Virus record (IMG/VR): IMGVR_UViG_3300037067_026422
Reading direction: 5' to 3' (one strand)
DNA from: a virus
Taxonomy: Duplodnaviria; Caudoviricetes
DNA length: 64,000 nt
The position numbers were made by a program, and so were the translations under genes. This document shows, in pieces, positions 25,869 through 37,156 of this stretch. Each line of letters begins with the position of its first letter. Position 1 is the stretch's first letter. Under the pieces are notes generated by a model. It searched no databases, was not told the origin of the DNA, and saw nothing but the letters and a program-made list of their open reading frames with translations.

Positions 25869-28800
25869 TTAACCTCTTATAATGGGTCTACCCACCAGTT
25901 CAAAGATATCAACTACATCCCTATCAAAAAATGGGTTCAGTATATTCTTTTCATAATCTACAGTTTCACCCGCAACAACCATTAAGTATACTTTTCCCAT
26001 AAGATCGGGGTTATTTTCCATATATCCCTTCCCAGATCTTATGAATAAATAAAATTGATAAACTTTCTTATGCATAGGATCAGCCAAAATAGATACATCA
26101 TTATAAGCAACATAAGGCCTACCTTCACCCACCTTATATATTGCATTACCACTGATAGTCAATTTAAAGTTATTTCTACCTCTTTTTGCTGTGGTATCCG
26201 ATCCTAAAATAAAGTCATTAGTTAAAGCATTCAGGGGATCCTGAAGTTTTCTCTTGGGGGAGGTCATTATGAGATCTCCATTATCAGACCCTGATGTCAA
26301 AGGATTAGAATAGCACTTGTAATCTGTAATATCCCCTGATGACACTACGCTCAAAGCCGGTAACCTATCTACCACATTTGATATAACAGAATCAGCAACA
26401 TCCAATCGTATTATCTGGTACACAGCAGAAGATATACTATCCTCAGCATAATTTTCAGCAAGCGTAAGTCCCGTGTCTGATTCTACACTAAGTATCCTGT
26501 AACTTCTTGCAGATCCTCCTATCGCTATATAATCACCAGACGCTACATAAGCTACCCACTCTGTACTATTACCAACTACTGCCGGGGTACCCGAGACAAA
26601 AGAAACGGTACCAATAGCATAGGTGTAGTTTACTATTCCCCCCGATCCCAGCGTAGTAATAACTCCTGGACCCTCTTCAACAACTTTTCCATAAATTGCA
26701 TCACCAGTAGTATTGAGCATACCTTGATATGGGACAGTTTTATAGTAGAAATTATAAGGAGCTTCAGTATTAGTCACATAGCTATGTACCAACACCGGCA
26801 CTCTTATCGTCGGATAACTTGAAGAAACTGACACATACATAACCGTAGGCAGCATATCTTCAGTGTAGCTATCCCCACTAATAATTGGGAGGCTTCTATT
26901 TATAGCAGGATCAGAAACAAAAACTGCCTGTGTTTCTGTATTAGCCCCTGTAGCATAGTACCCAAAGGAGCCTACAACACCTGATGCCATAGATGTAGCC
27001 AATTTTATTATGGGCTTATCTCCAGTATCAATCTTATATATACCAGGACTATCATATGTAGCGATTACCTCTATAAGTTCATATGTGTCTATTATCCCTC
27101 TACCCTGTTTGGATAATTCGAAAAACTTAACCGAATCCGCTACAGAGTAAGAATCACCCGAGTTCTGAAGGAATTTGCTACCTGTATATAAGACTATTAC
27201 TAACGCTTTATTTGAGTATCCAGAAGCTGTTATGATATAATCAGTAACAGCATAAGGAGAAGTTGTCACCAATCTTTCCACAGTAAAAATTACGGGCACC
27301 AATTCCTCTGATACTGACTGGTATACAGCTTTTACTCCAAGTATATAATGCTGTCCAAATTTACTATTAGCATCAAGAGAAATAGTTATTGTATCCGAAC
27401 CGCTGGTAGTTCTGTATAAGACTAATTCATGTCCAAAATTTGATAACTCAGTATAGTTACCCCCACAGTATCTTAAGAAATCTATATCACTGATATAAGT
27501 AGGGTCCCCTGGATTACCTGGAAAACCCGACTCACCAGATGAAGCCCCAAAATTAAGAAGCTCACCAGAAATATTATGCTTTAACAAAGCATCATTATCC
27601 CGTGTAGCAATTGTAACCGTATCATTTTTTGTTATACCAAGAAATTCTTTAGGGATGTCTTTAAAACCATTTGAAGATGAGTAATATTTATAAGTAAATT
27701 CCATAAAGAGCCTATTAGACGTACCTGTTATAGGATAGAGGCCCTCATTTGCTATAGTTATACTGACCCCATCAGTGGTAACCCCAGTTACCAAACCCTG
27801 ATCTGAATAAAAATAAATTTTATTTGAATCCGGAAATTCACCATCCGGCAGAGTAACCTTTGAGGCTATCGTGAAACTACCCGCAACCCAGACTGCTCCT
27901 CCATTGGTTATCTCAACAATATTATGGTCATGAACTATCTCAGCATTACAAAAAGCTCTCCTCTTAAAAGTTGAGGAAGCAACATCCGATCCCACTCCGA
28001 TATCCGGGATATTATCCCCCCCAGGACTATTTACACGCTCAATTTTTATAAGGGTATTACCCCCAGAGCAGGCATTGGTTATTGAACCATTCTCATCAGC
28101 ACCTTTTTTCAGAGTAGTAGTAAGATCCCCCGCTAATAATTTACTGATAGTTTCATCTACCAAACATTTAAGGTCGGAAGAGGTAATAATCTTATGCCTT
28201 AAATCCACGATATCATCTTTGTAAATTATATCTGATACTTTGTTATCCGGGCGATCAGATCGATATCCTTCAATCATCATCTCTTTAGTAACTTTTGTCT
28301 CATTTATTCTGGTAGCACTAAATTCCATACTGGACAAAATCCTGCGAGACACTATGCACATCGGAATGGCATACACATAACCATCTACAGTGTTAAGGTA
28401 TTCTTTATTGCTCTCCGACCCATCTCCTGCAATATATAGCCCAGGATCAGAAGACCCAAATTTTTCAAAAGTCTGAAAAGTAGCTTCTCCAGTAGTTCTT
28501 CCACCTATAGGAGATATATTTATAAGATCAAAAATTTCTTTGGTGACATCAATAAGAGAAGAAGAAACTCTCACATGGCGTATACGGTACTGTATCTGGA
28601 CTCTTTTAGTAGTTTCACACCCTACCACATTCCATTCTATTTCATTATCAGAATACGGGTAGGTCAAAACATTACCATATGGATAGATATCATCATCAGT
28701 ACCCACTAATTTCCGCCAGACTTCCAGAAATACAAAATTATACAATTGTCCAGAGGGGGCATCAAGTCTTATAACATTATTGCTATCACTACTTTCTGTA

Positions 28801-29132
28801 CCCTGAACAAGAATAGGCCACCCATTTACTACAGCTATATTGTTATTCAAGGATACCAATTTAAAAGTATTTGCATCATAACTCTCTGAGCATATTATGC
28901 AGCCGGTTCTTGCATCTGTTTCAAGAGTACTCTGTAAGATTTCATTTGGGTACAGCCACCCTGAAGGCAAAGAAACTTTGGCGAGGTTTTGAACTTTTTC
29001 ATTACCTATCTGATTTATAAGATTCCATTCCGAGGTCAAAGGAGGGTGCTTATATTGAAAGACTACATTATCAATATTCCTATCAGCAACACTGAGAACT
29101 CTATTTTGTTCACTCCCAAAGTTATCTGCCAT
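25869..29132 (-). CDS. Virion structural (baseplate/tail) protein, paralog of 47983-52383
   Basis: Shared blocks VNGWP, LEVWR, VGxETxKRxQIQYRIR and RPD...DIxDxR. Confidence 0.65.
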   Translation of the reverse strand: MADNFGSEQNRVLSVADRNIDNVVFQYKHPPLTSEWNLINQIGNEKVQNLAKVSLPSGWLYPNEILQSTLETDARTGCIICSESYDANTFKLVSLNNNIAVVNGWPILVQGTESSDSNNVIRLDAPSGQLYNFVFLEVWRKLVGTDDDIYPYGNVLTYPYSDNEIEWNVVGCETTKRVQIQYRIRHVRVSSSLIDVTKEIFDLINISPIGGRTTGEATFQTFEKFGSSDPGLYIAGDGSESNKEYLNTVDGYVYAIPMCIVSRRILSSMEFSATRINETKVTKEMMIEGYRSDRPDNKVSDIIYKDDIVDLRHKIITSSDLKCLVDETISKLLAGDLTTTLKKGADENGSITNACSGGNTLIKIERVNSPGGDNIPDIGVGSDVASSTFKRRAFCNAEIVHDHNIVEITNGGAVWVAGSFTIASKVTLPDGEFPDSNKIYFYSDQGLVTGVTTDGVSITIANEGLYPITGTSNRLFMEFTYKYYSSSNGFKDIPKEFLGITKNDTVTIATRDNDALLKHNISGELLNFGASSGESGFPGNPGDPTYISDIDFLRYCGGNYTELSNFGHELVLYRTTSGSDTITISLDANSKFGQHYILGVKAVYQSVSEELVPVIFTVERLVTTSPYAVTDYIITASGYSNKALVIVLYTGSKFLQNSGDSYSVADSVKFFELSKQGRGIIDTYELIEVIATYDSPGIYKIDTGDKPIIKLATSMASGVVGSFGYYATGANTETQAVFVSDPAINRSLPIISGDSYTEDMLPTVMYVSVSSSYPTIRVPVLVHSYVTNTEAPYNFYYKTVPYQGMLNTTGDAIYGKVVEEGPGVITTLGSGGIVNYTYAIGTVSFVSGTPAVVGNSTEWVAYVASGDYIAIGGSARSYRILSVESDTGLTLAENYAEDSISSAVYQIIRLDVADSVISNVVDRLPALSVVSSGDITDYKCYSNPLTSGSDNGDLIMTSPKRKLQDPLNALTNDFILGSDTTAKRGRNNFKLTISGNAIYKVGEGRPYVAYNDVSILADPMHKKVYQFYLFIRSGKGYMENNPDLMGKVYLMVVAGETVDYEKNILNPFFDRDVVDIFELVGRPIIRG

Positions 29133-29137
29133 GACTT

Positions 29138-30106
29138 TTATCCTACTTTATTTTTACTAATGAAATTATGTCGCATCATATCGAGAGGATATATAATTTC
29201 CTGCTCGAATCTTGGGATCTTAAGAGCAAACAGGACAAGATTCCTGTAATCCAACTTCAAATCCTCAAACATATCTTTATTTATAAACCAACTTGATGGA
29301 TATGAAGTATTCTTTTTAAAAACTTCATCTATATATACAAAATTAGACAGCATCAACAAAACATTTGATACTACTGATTTTATCTTTTCAAAACTCTGAA
29401 TGACATTAGGAATAAGTACAGTATTAACTACCTTCTTCTCCTCATCGCATACATCAAACAGAGTCATATTTAACTTATGTGTAAGTCTATCAATAGACTT
29501 TAATATCATACTTATATAAAATTCAAGCTTATCCCAATCCTCATCCTCTTCAACACCATTTCTTAGGTTTATTATAACCTGCTGGGTTTGCTTTGCCCCC
29601 CACATAGTATTAATCAATCGACCGTGAGTTAAAGACAAGACATCTTCACGACATACCTTCAAAGTCTCATTTATATCATGTAATGCCTGTGCAAATTCCT
29701 TTAGTTTAATAAGAAACCTATCTGGGGCAAAGACTTCTTCCAGATCAAACTTAACCGGATGATTATGTGGAATCTCCATGGATTGATTTATAATCTTTAC
29801 TGAAGAATCAAGCCCACTCTTTAATTTATTGATGATAGTGTTGGATATCTTTGAATCAGCACTGATGTAATATTCCATAGGCTTTGATGGATTAGTTTCT
29901 ATGCTGTTCAATACTAAATCTTTTACCAGATGTGCTATTTTTTCAAAACCTGCCCCTAATTTACTACAATCAAATAACTCACACCCATCTACAGAAATAT
30001 TTGATTTTTTACCATTGGAAGTAAGATCAAAAGACCTATTGCCCACTTTGAACTGGGCAATAATGATATTATTAGAAACCTTAATATTAGTCAGCAAATG
30101 CTTCAT
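29138..30106 (-). CDS. Hypothetical protein
   Basis: 322-aa ORF, tightly packed with neighbours. Confidence 0.7.
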   Translation of the reverse strand: MKHLLTNIKVSNNIIIAQFKVGNRSFDLTSNGKKSNISVDGCELFDCSKLGAGFEKIAHLVKDLVLNSIETNPSKPMEYYISADSKISNTIINKLKSGLDSSVKIINQSMEIPHNHPVKFDLEEVFAPDRFLIKLKEFAQALHDINETLKVCREDVLSLTHGRLINTMWGAKQTQQVIINLRNGVEEDEDWDKLEFYISMILKSIDRLTHKLNMTLFDVCDEEKKVVNTVLIPNVIQSFEKIKSVVSNVLLMLSNFVYIDEVFKKNTSYPSSWFINKDMFEDLKLDYRNLVLFALKIPRFEQEIIYPLDMMRHNFISKNKVG

Positions 30107-30108
30107 AT

Positions 30109-30696
30109 TTATGATGTAATCCTGAATATCACCGTGACACTCATTGTCGAGGTCTTATTCACTACAGGAAATGTACGCCAGTTAATCATCGTACCAGAAT
30201 TTACTTCAGAAGTAGCGTCCCCACCGAACAAACCCATCTCCACAATCGGACCTACTGCTTCACCCTCACCTAAAGTCACAGCATAATCTACAATGTTCGT
30301 ATAGGCACTTGTAGGCTCTCCAGTCTCAGGGTGTACGAAGGTGGACAAATCAATAGCCTTACGATAGAACTCATTCTCCAGATATATCTGGGAGGTTGTA
30401 GGAGCTGGTGGATCAAATAAATCCCATTCCCCACTCCCACTACCAATTGCCAGGTAAGATATTCCTCGCTGTGGCTCTGTGTTGTTCTTGAGAAGACGTG
30501 CAATGAGTATCGAAGCAGTATTAACTATGATATTTGTATGATGGTAACTATATACCAGCTTACCTTCCTGAGCCATATCATATGCCTTGAGGATTAACTC
30601 ACCCTTTAATCCCGGGACATCCTCCTTCTCATGCATCACAGAATTAAACTTAAACATATTCAAGACTCTTTTGGTTTTTTCTTTGAAAAAGCTCAT
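30109..30696 (-). CDS. Phage tail/baseplate fibre-attachment protein
   Basis: NIIVN...YLAIGSG...LENEFYRK...EMGLFGG...RTFPVVNK pattern typical of tail-collar/baseplate proteins. Confidence 0.65.
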   Translation of the reverse strand: MSFFKEKTKRVLNMFKFNSVMHEKEDVPGLKGELILKAYDMAQEGKLVYSYHHTNIIVNTASILIARLLKNNTEPQRGISYLAIGSGSGEWDLFDPPAPTTSQIYLENEFYRKAIDLSTFVHPETGEPTSAYTNIVDYAVTLGEGEAVGPIVEMGLFGGDATSEVNSGTMINWRTFPVVNKTSTMSVTVIFRITS

Positions 30697-30765
30697 GGTA
30701 AATCCTTCTGGTGTTTTACACTTTACCCCATAAAAAGCAAAATATATTGATAGATTATTAAAATC

Positions 30766-33700
30766 TTAGAATATAGGAACAAGCTGTTGTATTTCTGTTA
30801 TCTGAACTAAATCATCGTGTCTAAGCTCACGTATTAACATCTTATTAATCTTATAACTGGAATCGTTTAAGTGATATTCAGGTCGTTCTACCACAGGATT
30901 AGACAATCTTCTAATATCATCATGCTCATTAGCAGTCAATAATATAAGACCTTTAGGATAAGACCCTGCCGGGGCACTCAAAGATACCAACTCTACAGAA
31001 GTAATAAGGGTACCTGAGAATCTTATTTCCCGAAGGGATGCTGAGCTAACTTCCCAGAATGTCATAAGGATATTATCCCCTATATCATCACCAGTTAAGA
31101 TAGGATCTTCCTCTATTATCCCAGAAGGGGTCAAATTAACAATCATCATGTCCTGATCAAAGTTCCTCCACTGTACCCGATACTCTGCTTCACTATAAGA
31201 GATATATGCCCCGGTATCTCCAGAAGGAATCGTATAGACATCATAGGCATCTACTGTTCTTGGATTCGGATATTCAACAGGACCTGTGATTCCAAGATTA
31301 AGAGCTCCTACTGGTCCTGTTACCCCTACCATACCAGTAAAGCCATAGGTTCTTCCTTCAGCATCTATTATGTTGGATGTATTTACTATCCCAGTTACAC
31401 CTTTCGAACGATTAGTGATGTATGTCTTACCATCTATGATAGAAGGCTCTATATCATAGTAAGAAACTGAAGGGTGACCTATCCAAGGATTATCAGGATT
31501 TCGAGGATATGGATCAGGATCCGGATCAGGAAAAGTTATTGTATACCCTTCAGGATAGTGAGCTATTTGATCTGCAGATAAACCATAATTAAATCCTATT
31601 TTATTATTCAGCACCAGTAATCTATTTACCTTATCCAGGTATACATCTACTGCATAAGTTTTACTTCTGGTAAGTATATAGTCATATTCACCCGATGTAC
31701 CACTATAAGGTTTGCTTAATCTCCCCGTCTCAAAGTCAATTATTTCTATAAGAGTCCCATTAACATCTTTATAAACTGTCTCCCAATGTCCCGTACCTAT
31801 CGGACCTACCCACTCCCTAAAGGGAACATTTTTAAGAGTTAATAGATCTCCAATATTAAGCGATCTGAAATTAACCGTCTTACTCTTTATAATTACAGAA
31901 CCTTTAATTACATTCACCTGACCATATCTCAACTCTGTTGGCACCTGATTTATAAAATCAAGATAATCATTCGTACGAAGCTCCCGATCCGGGTAATACT
32001 GTTCGATATATGTAAATTGGAAGGGAATCGATGAACCCGAGTCATCTATAGTAGCTAATGGTGCATCATACCCAGTATTGGTGTGCTCCACTATCTTGAG
32101 ATCAGAATAAAGATTAATCTTATTTTTATCCGTAAATTCGCAGATAGAATTGTAATCAATAATCCCGGAGTTGTCTGGTTCAATAATTGAAAAGGATGCC
32201 CATAAATCCATACCCCCCTCAAAATCTGGATCATATGTCTCATGCTCATCTGCAATAATAAGTGTCTTATGATGCCCATCATCTGTGTATGTTTTAGCAA
32301 ATATAGGAGTACCCGGATTCAAGGTTGTAACTGCAGGGAGATCCTTATAAAGATACTTGTCATTCAGGATTATATTTCTATCCTGATCCTGAAGATACTC
32401 AGGGCTGTACACCAATCCAAACCTGCTTATATTACTTGGTCCTGTATTAAATGAAGCCTTATCCCCATATCTCTGATAATCATTAAGAACAAATCTCTCT
32501 GAATTAAGTACAGAAGAGTTTGATAAACTAAAAGCCCTATACCGATACCCTATCTTAAGCAGCTCCTCAAAATCCCAGTAAGGTTGATCAAATACATCTG
32601 GATTCTGGTCCACCAGAAGACTATATCTGTTTACAGAGCTATAAATAGTATCCGGGGTATAAGAACTGGAGCCATAACGCTCACTATCCACATCTATAGG
32701 AGCATCAGGCATCATTAAATAATTTCTTTTCTGACTCGTGTAATAATAGTCAAACTTTATATAACTGTTCACGGGAGGCAAAAAATTAACTCTCACATGA
32801 CCTAACAAAGGTCTTACATCCGTTATAGCTCCAGGAAGTTCATTAAATCTCAGGATAGTATAGGAATACTCTGCACCCAGTGTGGGTAATCGATTTGGAA
32901 CTATACAAGTATTAGACAATAAATCTACTGATTCAACATAATAGATATGAGTACTATCAAGATAATTGGGTATAGTAATAACAATCGTATCTCCATCTGC
33001 TACATCCACCCAATCTACTCCCAAACTCTCAAGTGTAGTCTTATTGGTCTCAATATTAATATTGATGACCCTCAGAGTCCCGGAAGCTATCGATGAACCC
33101 ACCTTCACCAAGATTTCTTTAGAGGTAGCCAATTCTCCACGTTGATTCAATATCGGAAACTTATCCATCTGATAATCAAGATCATTCCCATATAACTCGG
33201 GATTACTTACATCAAAAGGCCAGACCAACCTTGAAACATTACCCGTACCAATGACCGTCAATATCCCCGGGAGATCCCCCGAAACCGGACTCGGTATATC
33301 ACTTCTGATTTGCTTTAAATAATAAACAGAATCAGGATACCTTTTTGCATAATAATAATCTATCCTGAGCTTACTATCAAAAGGGGGTATGAAATTAAGC
33401 CCTATGATCCCTCCCCAAGGATCAAGATAAGCAACGGCATCAATTATAAGTCTTCCATTGAGATATACAATGATATCCTCTATACTTGCTACTTCACCGG
33501 CACTATTGAGCATGGGAAGAAGTGGCATAATATAAGTATTGGGCTCATAAGACAGATAATACCAGGCACCCACATCAAAAGCACCCTCTGGGGGATCAGT
33601 TACCTCAAACTCATGACTTATGTTAAAAAATCCTGAGGTCAACTGAATATCAGGCCATGGAAAATATTTTCTGGTATCCTCATAAAAATTTTCCAGTACA

Positions 33701-35385
33701 CAATTAGCTTTCTGATCACAAAACTCTGTTTGAGTGCCTACAGCCTGTACAATTGATTCTGACGAATCTTCTACCAGCTCACCGGTTCTATTTACAGTAA
33801 TACTATAATCAACTCCTGGAACCTGTATCCCTGTATAACCATAAGAATTGATAAAAACATTTTTTGCTTCATCAATAGTAAGAGCTCTTACCGGATTATC
33901 TACCTGGAATTGATTTTGGAAGGTATCCTCAATATAAAGGTTATACTTGTGTACATCAATAGCCTTGTAATTTTTAGAGTTAGCTCTTTTATAAAACTTT
34001 GAACTAATCTTTTTTAAAACCGCTACACCATTTTCTATGACTATGCTATATCCTTCTTCATAGCCCTCTGGGATCGCTTTAGCTTTTTTAACGTACTCCT
34101 GGAAGACCGGCTTGGATATAACGTTCGGATCAAACTGCTTGAAGAAGTTTTGTGTCACCTCTTCAGGGGTAGTATAGAATTGAAAACTTCGAGTATACTT
34201 TTCCGCTTTATAGGCTATTTCATTCCCCACAACAAGATCAAGTACTTCTATCCGATACTCTCCGGCATAATCCCGAGTATACACAAGAGTATCTGAATTA
34301 TAAACTATAAGACTTCCATCAGCAAGTTCAATGATCTCATCATTAGGATATATATCCACTATAATACCTGTATACTCCCAGGTATCCTCTATAATATCAG
34401 AAGTCACCGAAGTATCTTTATTTGCATAATACCTTATATCATCCCCAACTTCAAACAACTCATGGACCACCAACCTATCTCCTGATTCGTCCCGAATATA
34501 AAAGCTTGTTAAGACATCATAAACAAGTGTGGTACCATCTGCAAGATAAAAAGTCCCAGAGCTAAAATTTATTGATGAAATAACTCCAGACACCCATGTT
34601 TCTTCAGGATCCACTGGGTCTACTCCATCAAACTTATATATCTTTTCAGCAAGATATGTAATCTTATAGAGATATGACGTTCCATATACATCATATTCCA
34701 TATTCTCGGTGATATATGAAGGCTTACAGGTACCTTCTCTATTGATGAATGTATCGGACCAAACAAGCCGGGTATCATATAAAACATGAGCAGGTTTTAT
34801 CAGATCAATAAAAAACTTTATGTCATCCAGTATAAGACCAACATTGGAGGAGGCAGTTACTTCATCCATAATAATATCAAAAAACATCATATGGGTGTCT
34901 TTGACTGTATAAGATGTATCCTCTTTTCTAAGATCAAGATACACCTCTTTTAATAGTACCGGAAGACCAAGAATATCCGAAACGGCAGATTCGATATTAT
35001 CCTTACGACTCCCCTTGAAGTAAGCATTTCTGACTTTTATCAAAAAGTTTCTATAAGAAATATCATCTACATTTTCATTTATAGCTCTTTCACCAAGGAA
35101 TAACGAATCACCAAGTATCTGAAACAGATATTCTGTTCTGGTATTATTATGATATTTGTCTTCATTCACATCAGAAGTTGATATTTGTAGTCTGGCAAAC
35201 TCTTTGGCGATAGACCTGAAAAACTCTGCTAAATTAGTATTCTGACTCTTGGGATAATTACTGGATAGATTATTCAGCATCCTCTGCTGGATGGATCTGG
35301 TGAGATTAAGAAGCTCTTTCTGAAACTCTATCCCGGTTCTGAAGCGCTGTATGGTAGGTTTATATAGCGAAGTAAGAGAAGACAT
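30766..35385 (-). CDS. Large baseplate wedge/tail protein
   Basis: 1539 aa; N-terminal YRNFL...GS...IDLIKPAHV resembles gpI/wedge domains; repeated LxFxPP..S..xDYYY blocks. Confidence 0.55.
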   Translation of the reverse strand: MSSLTSLYKPTIQRFRTGIEFQKELLNLTRSIQQRMLNNLSSNYPKSQNTNLAEFFRSIAKEFARLQISTSDVNEDKYHNNTRTEYLFQILGDSLFLGERAINENVDDISYRNFLIKVRNAYFKGSRKDNIESAVSDILGLPVLLKEVYLDLRKEDTSYTVKDTHMMFFDIIMDEVTASSNVGLILDDIKFFIDLIKPAHVLYDTRLVWSDTFINREGTCKPSYITENMEYDVYGTSYLYKITYLAEKIYKFDGVDPVDPEETWVSGVISSINFSSGTFYLADGTTLVYDVLTSFYIRDESGDRLVVHELFEVGDDIRYYANKDTSVTSDIIEDTWEYTGIIVDIYPNDEIIELADGSLIVYNSDTLVYTRDYAGEYRIEVLDLVVGNEIAYKAEKYTRSFQFYTTPEEVTQNFFKQFDPNVISKPVFQEYVKKAKAIPEGYEEGYSIVIENGVAVLKKISSKFYKRANSKNYKAIDVHKYNLYIEDTFQNQFQVDNPVRALTIDEAKNVFINSYGYTGIQVPGVDYSITVNRTGELVEDSSESIVQAVGTQTEFCDQKANCVLENFYEDTRKYFPWPDIQLTSGFFNISHEFEVTDPPEGAFDVGAWYYLSYEPNTYIMPLLPMLNSAGEVASIEDIIVYLNGRLIIDAVAYLDPWGGIIGLNFIPPFDSKLRIDYYYAKRYPDSVYYLKQIRSDIPSPVSGDLPGILTVIGTGNVSRLVWPFDVSNPELYGNDLDYQMDKFPILNQRGELATSKEILVKVGSSIASGTLRVININIETNKTTLESLGVDWVDVADGDTIVITIPNYLDSTHIYYVESVDLLSNTCIVPNRLPTLGAEYSYTILRFNELPGAITDVRPLLGHVRVNFLPPVNSYIKFDYYYTSQKRNYLMMPDAPIDVDSERYGSSSYTPDTIYSSVNRYSLLVDQNPDVFDQPYWDFEELLKIGYRYRAFSLSNSSVLNSERFVLNDYQRYGDKASFNTGPSNISRFGLVYSPEYLQDQDRNIILNDKYLYKDLPAVTTLNPGTPIFAKTYTDDGHHKTLIIADEHETYDPDFEGGMDLWASFSIIEPDNSGIIDYNSICEFTDKNKINLYSDLKIVEHTNTGYDAPLATIDDSGSSIPFQFTYIEQYYPDRELRTNDYLDFINQVPTELRYGQVNVIKGSVIIKSKTVNFRSLNIGDLLTLKNVPFREWVGPIGTGHWETVYKDVNGTLIEIIDFETGRLSKPYSGTSGEYDYILTRSKTYAVDVYLDKVNRLLVLNNKIGFNYGLSADQIAHYPEGYTITFPDPDPDPYPRNPDNPWIGHPSVSYYDIEPSIIDGKTYITNRSKGVTGIVNTSNIIDAEGRTYGFTGMVGVTGPVGALNLGITGPVEYPNPRTVDAYDVYTIPSGDTGAYISYSEAEYRVQWRNFDQDMMIVNLTPSGIIEEDPILTGDDIGDNILMTFWEVSSASLREIRFSGTLITSVELVSLSAPAGSYPKGLILLTANEHDDIRRLSNPVVERPEYHLNDSSYKINKMLIRELRHDDLVQITEIQQLVPIF

Positions 35386-35388
35386 TGC

Positions 35389-36030
35389 TTAACCTCTATC
35401 CAACAAGAATGCCGGTATAGCAGATCCCTCGGCACCCTGTAGCCCTGTTACTCCATGAACTATACATGATGGAAGTCCTGTTACACCCTGATTACCTGTT
35501 ATACCGAATGTACCTGTTATACCGAATGTACCTGTTTCTCCATACATTCCTGTAACACCTTTATAACCTTCTTCTCCTTGGTCTCCACGGAGCGTAAAGT
35601 TACCATATCCCTTATATACCTCTATATCATTTCTTGTAATTACTTTAAAGGCTTTTAAATCTGTACTTCCATTTTGTTGTATTTTCACAAGTATAAGGGG
35701 GAGTTTTCCCGAGATATTAGAGAAAATTTTTACATCACCAAAACTTTTTTTATTATAGGTGATACTTGGTAACAGCTCTATTTGCTTATATTTATTAAGG
35801 GTTATCAAAAAGTACAGGATATCATTATAATTATTAAATATCCTTCGTGAGGTATCCAGAGCATATTGAGTAATTAATTGAGCAACATCTATACGTAGAT
35901 CATTAAAAACTACCCAGCGATCCTCAATTATTACTGATCCGCCCTTTATAAAGACAATATTTTCACCATGCTCCTGAGTATCTTTCAGGCATACTGAAAA
36001 ATCCTTCTGATTCTTAGAGATAAACGCCAT
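35389..36030 (-). CDS. Collagen-like repeat virion protein
   Basis: C-terminal GxT/Gxx triplets (GVTGMYGETGTFGITG...), including an 18-nt tandem duplication. Confidence 0.7.
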   Translation of the reverse strand: MAFISKNQKDFSVCLKDTQEHGENIVFIKGGSVIIEDRWVVFNDLRIDVAQLITQYALDTSRRIFNNYNDILYFLITLNKYKQIELLPSITYNKKSFGDVKIFSNISGKLPLILVKIQQNGSTDLKAFKVITRNDIEVYKGYGNFTLRGDQGEEGYKGVTGMYGETGTFGITGTFGITGNQGVTGLPSCIVHGVTGLQGAEGSAIPAFLLDRG

Positions 36031-36056
36031 GTTAAGGGGAAGTTATTAAGACTTTA

Positions 36057-36704
36057 TTAAATTAGAACTTCAAAAGGTATGTTTATATCCCAATTTATGC
36101 CCGTCATTCCTATAAGACCCCTTTCTCCTGATGGGGCAATAGGCTTATACCCGGGATATCCTGTAATCCCTATAAATCCTGTTTCACCTTTAAAATTTCT
36201 TATCCCCGTCTCTCCATAATGACCGGTTTCCCCACAGACAGTACTATTGTTTCCCAGGATACCTTTGAGATTCCTGTCCAGGATATTACCCGACCCTGAA
36301 AAAAATAGAATATTTTCATTGGACAGAGGCTTAAAGCCATAGCTCAAATCCAGGGTATTATCTTGAATCAGTATCAAACCTATAAGGGGTAATGCTGTAA
36401 ATGTCTCAGGAGCAGGCACAGCTTGTATAGAAGTAAAAAGAACATGCTTACCCTCTACTACTATAATACCTTCATTGGGATCTATGCATATTAACAGATA
36501 AACAGCATAATTTCTATCTTTAAAAAATCTTGTTCTGTTTCCTACTACCACACTGGCGATATAATCTCTTACCTTGAAAACTGCCCCATTGAAGCTTATC
36601 CAGGTGTTATTTATTATAAAAGATCCAGCATTAATTCTTATAGAATCATTAGACAATACAGGGAGGGCTTCCGCTGAAACTTTTTCTGATTTTGATTTAA
36701 GCAT
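36057..36704 (-). CDS. Collagen-like repeat virion protein
   Basis: GETGHYGETG...GITGYPG; similar layout to 35389-36030. Confidence 0.7.
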   Translation of the reverse strand: MLKSKSEKVSAEALPVLSNDSIRINAGSFIINNTWISFNGAVFKVRDYIASVVVGNRTRFFKDRNYAVYLLICIDPNEGIIVVEGKHVLFTSIQAVPAPETFTALPLIGLILIQDNTLDLSYGFKPLSNENILFFSGSGNILDRNLKGILGNNSTVCGETGHYGETGIRNFKGETGFIGITGYPGYKPIAPSGERGLIGMTGINWDINIPFEVLI

Positions 36705-36749
36705 AGAAATCTATTCCTTCTTACTTATATTATTAATATAAGATTATTG

Positions 36750-37139
36750 CTAAAAATGACTTTTCCAGGCACTAATCTCTACACCTATCTCTTTCTTCTT
36801 AGTAGTTCCATCCCCCCAAAAATATGCTTTAGAATCCGGTTCAGGAGCAAAATCATAAGTGTATATAGACCGAATCTTTATATATTGGAATTTTGTAACA
36901 GTATTACTATCTCCCCCATATGACGCAGTAAGTGTAACGGTATAATATCCTGGTTCTGTATACTCATGAATTGGGTTATGCCCACTGGAATATTCCTCAT
37001 CCCCAAAACTCCAAAGCCAAGTATCTGCCCCACCCGTTGAAGCATCTACAAACTGTACCGACAAGGTACCTACGCCCTCTGTAGTCTCGGTATAAAAATC
37101 AGCAGCTATGCTCATAAAAATATCCTTATATACAGTCAA
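36750..37139 (-). CDS. PKD-domain protein
   Basis: VQFVDAS...WLWSFGD...NPIHEYTEPGYYTVTLT. Confidence 0.85.
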   Translation of the reverse strand: MTVYKDIFMSIAADFYTETTEGVGTLSVQFVDASTGGADTWLWSFGDEEYSSGHNPIHEYTEPGYYTVTLTASYGGDSNTVTKFQYIKIRSIYTYDFAPEPDSKAYFWGDGTTKKKEIGVEISAWKSHF

Positions 37140-37156
37140 CTATAACTTTATAGAAT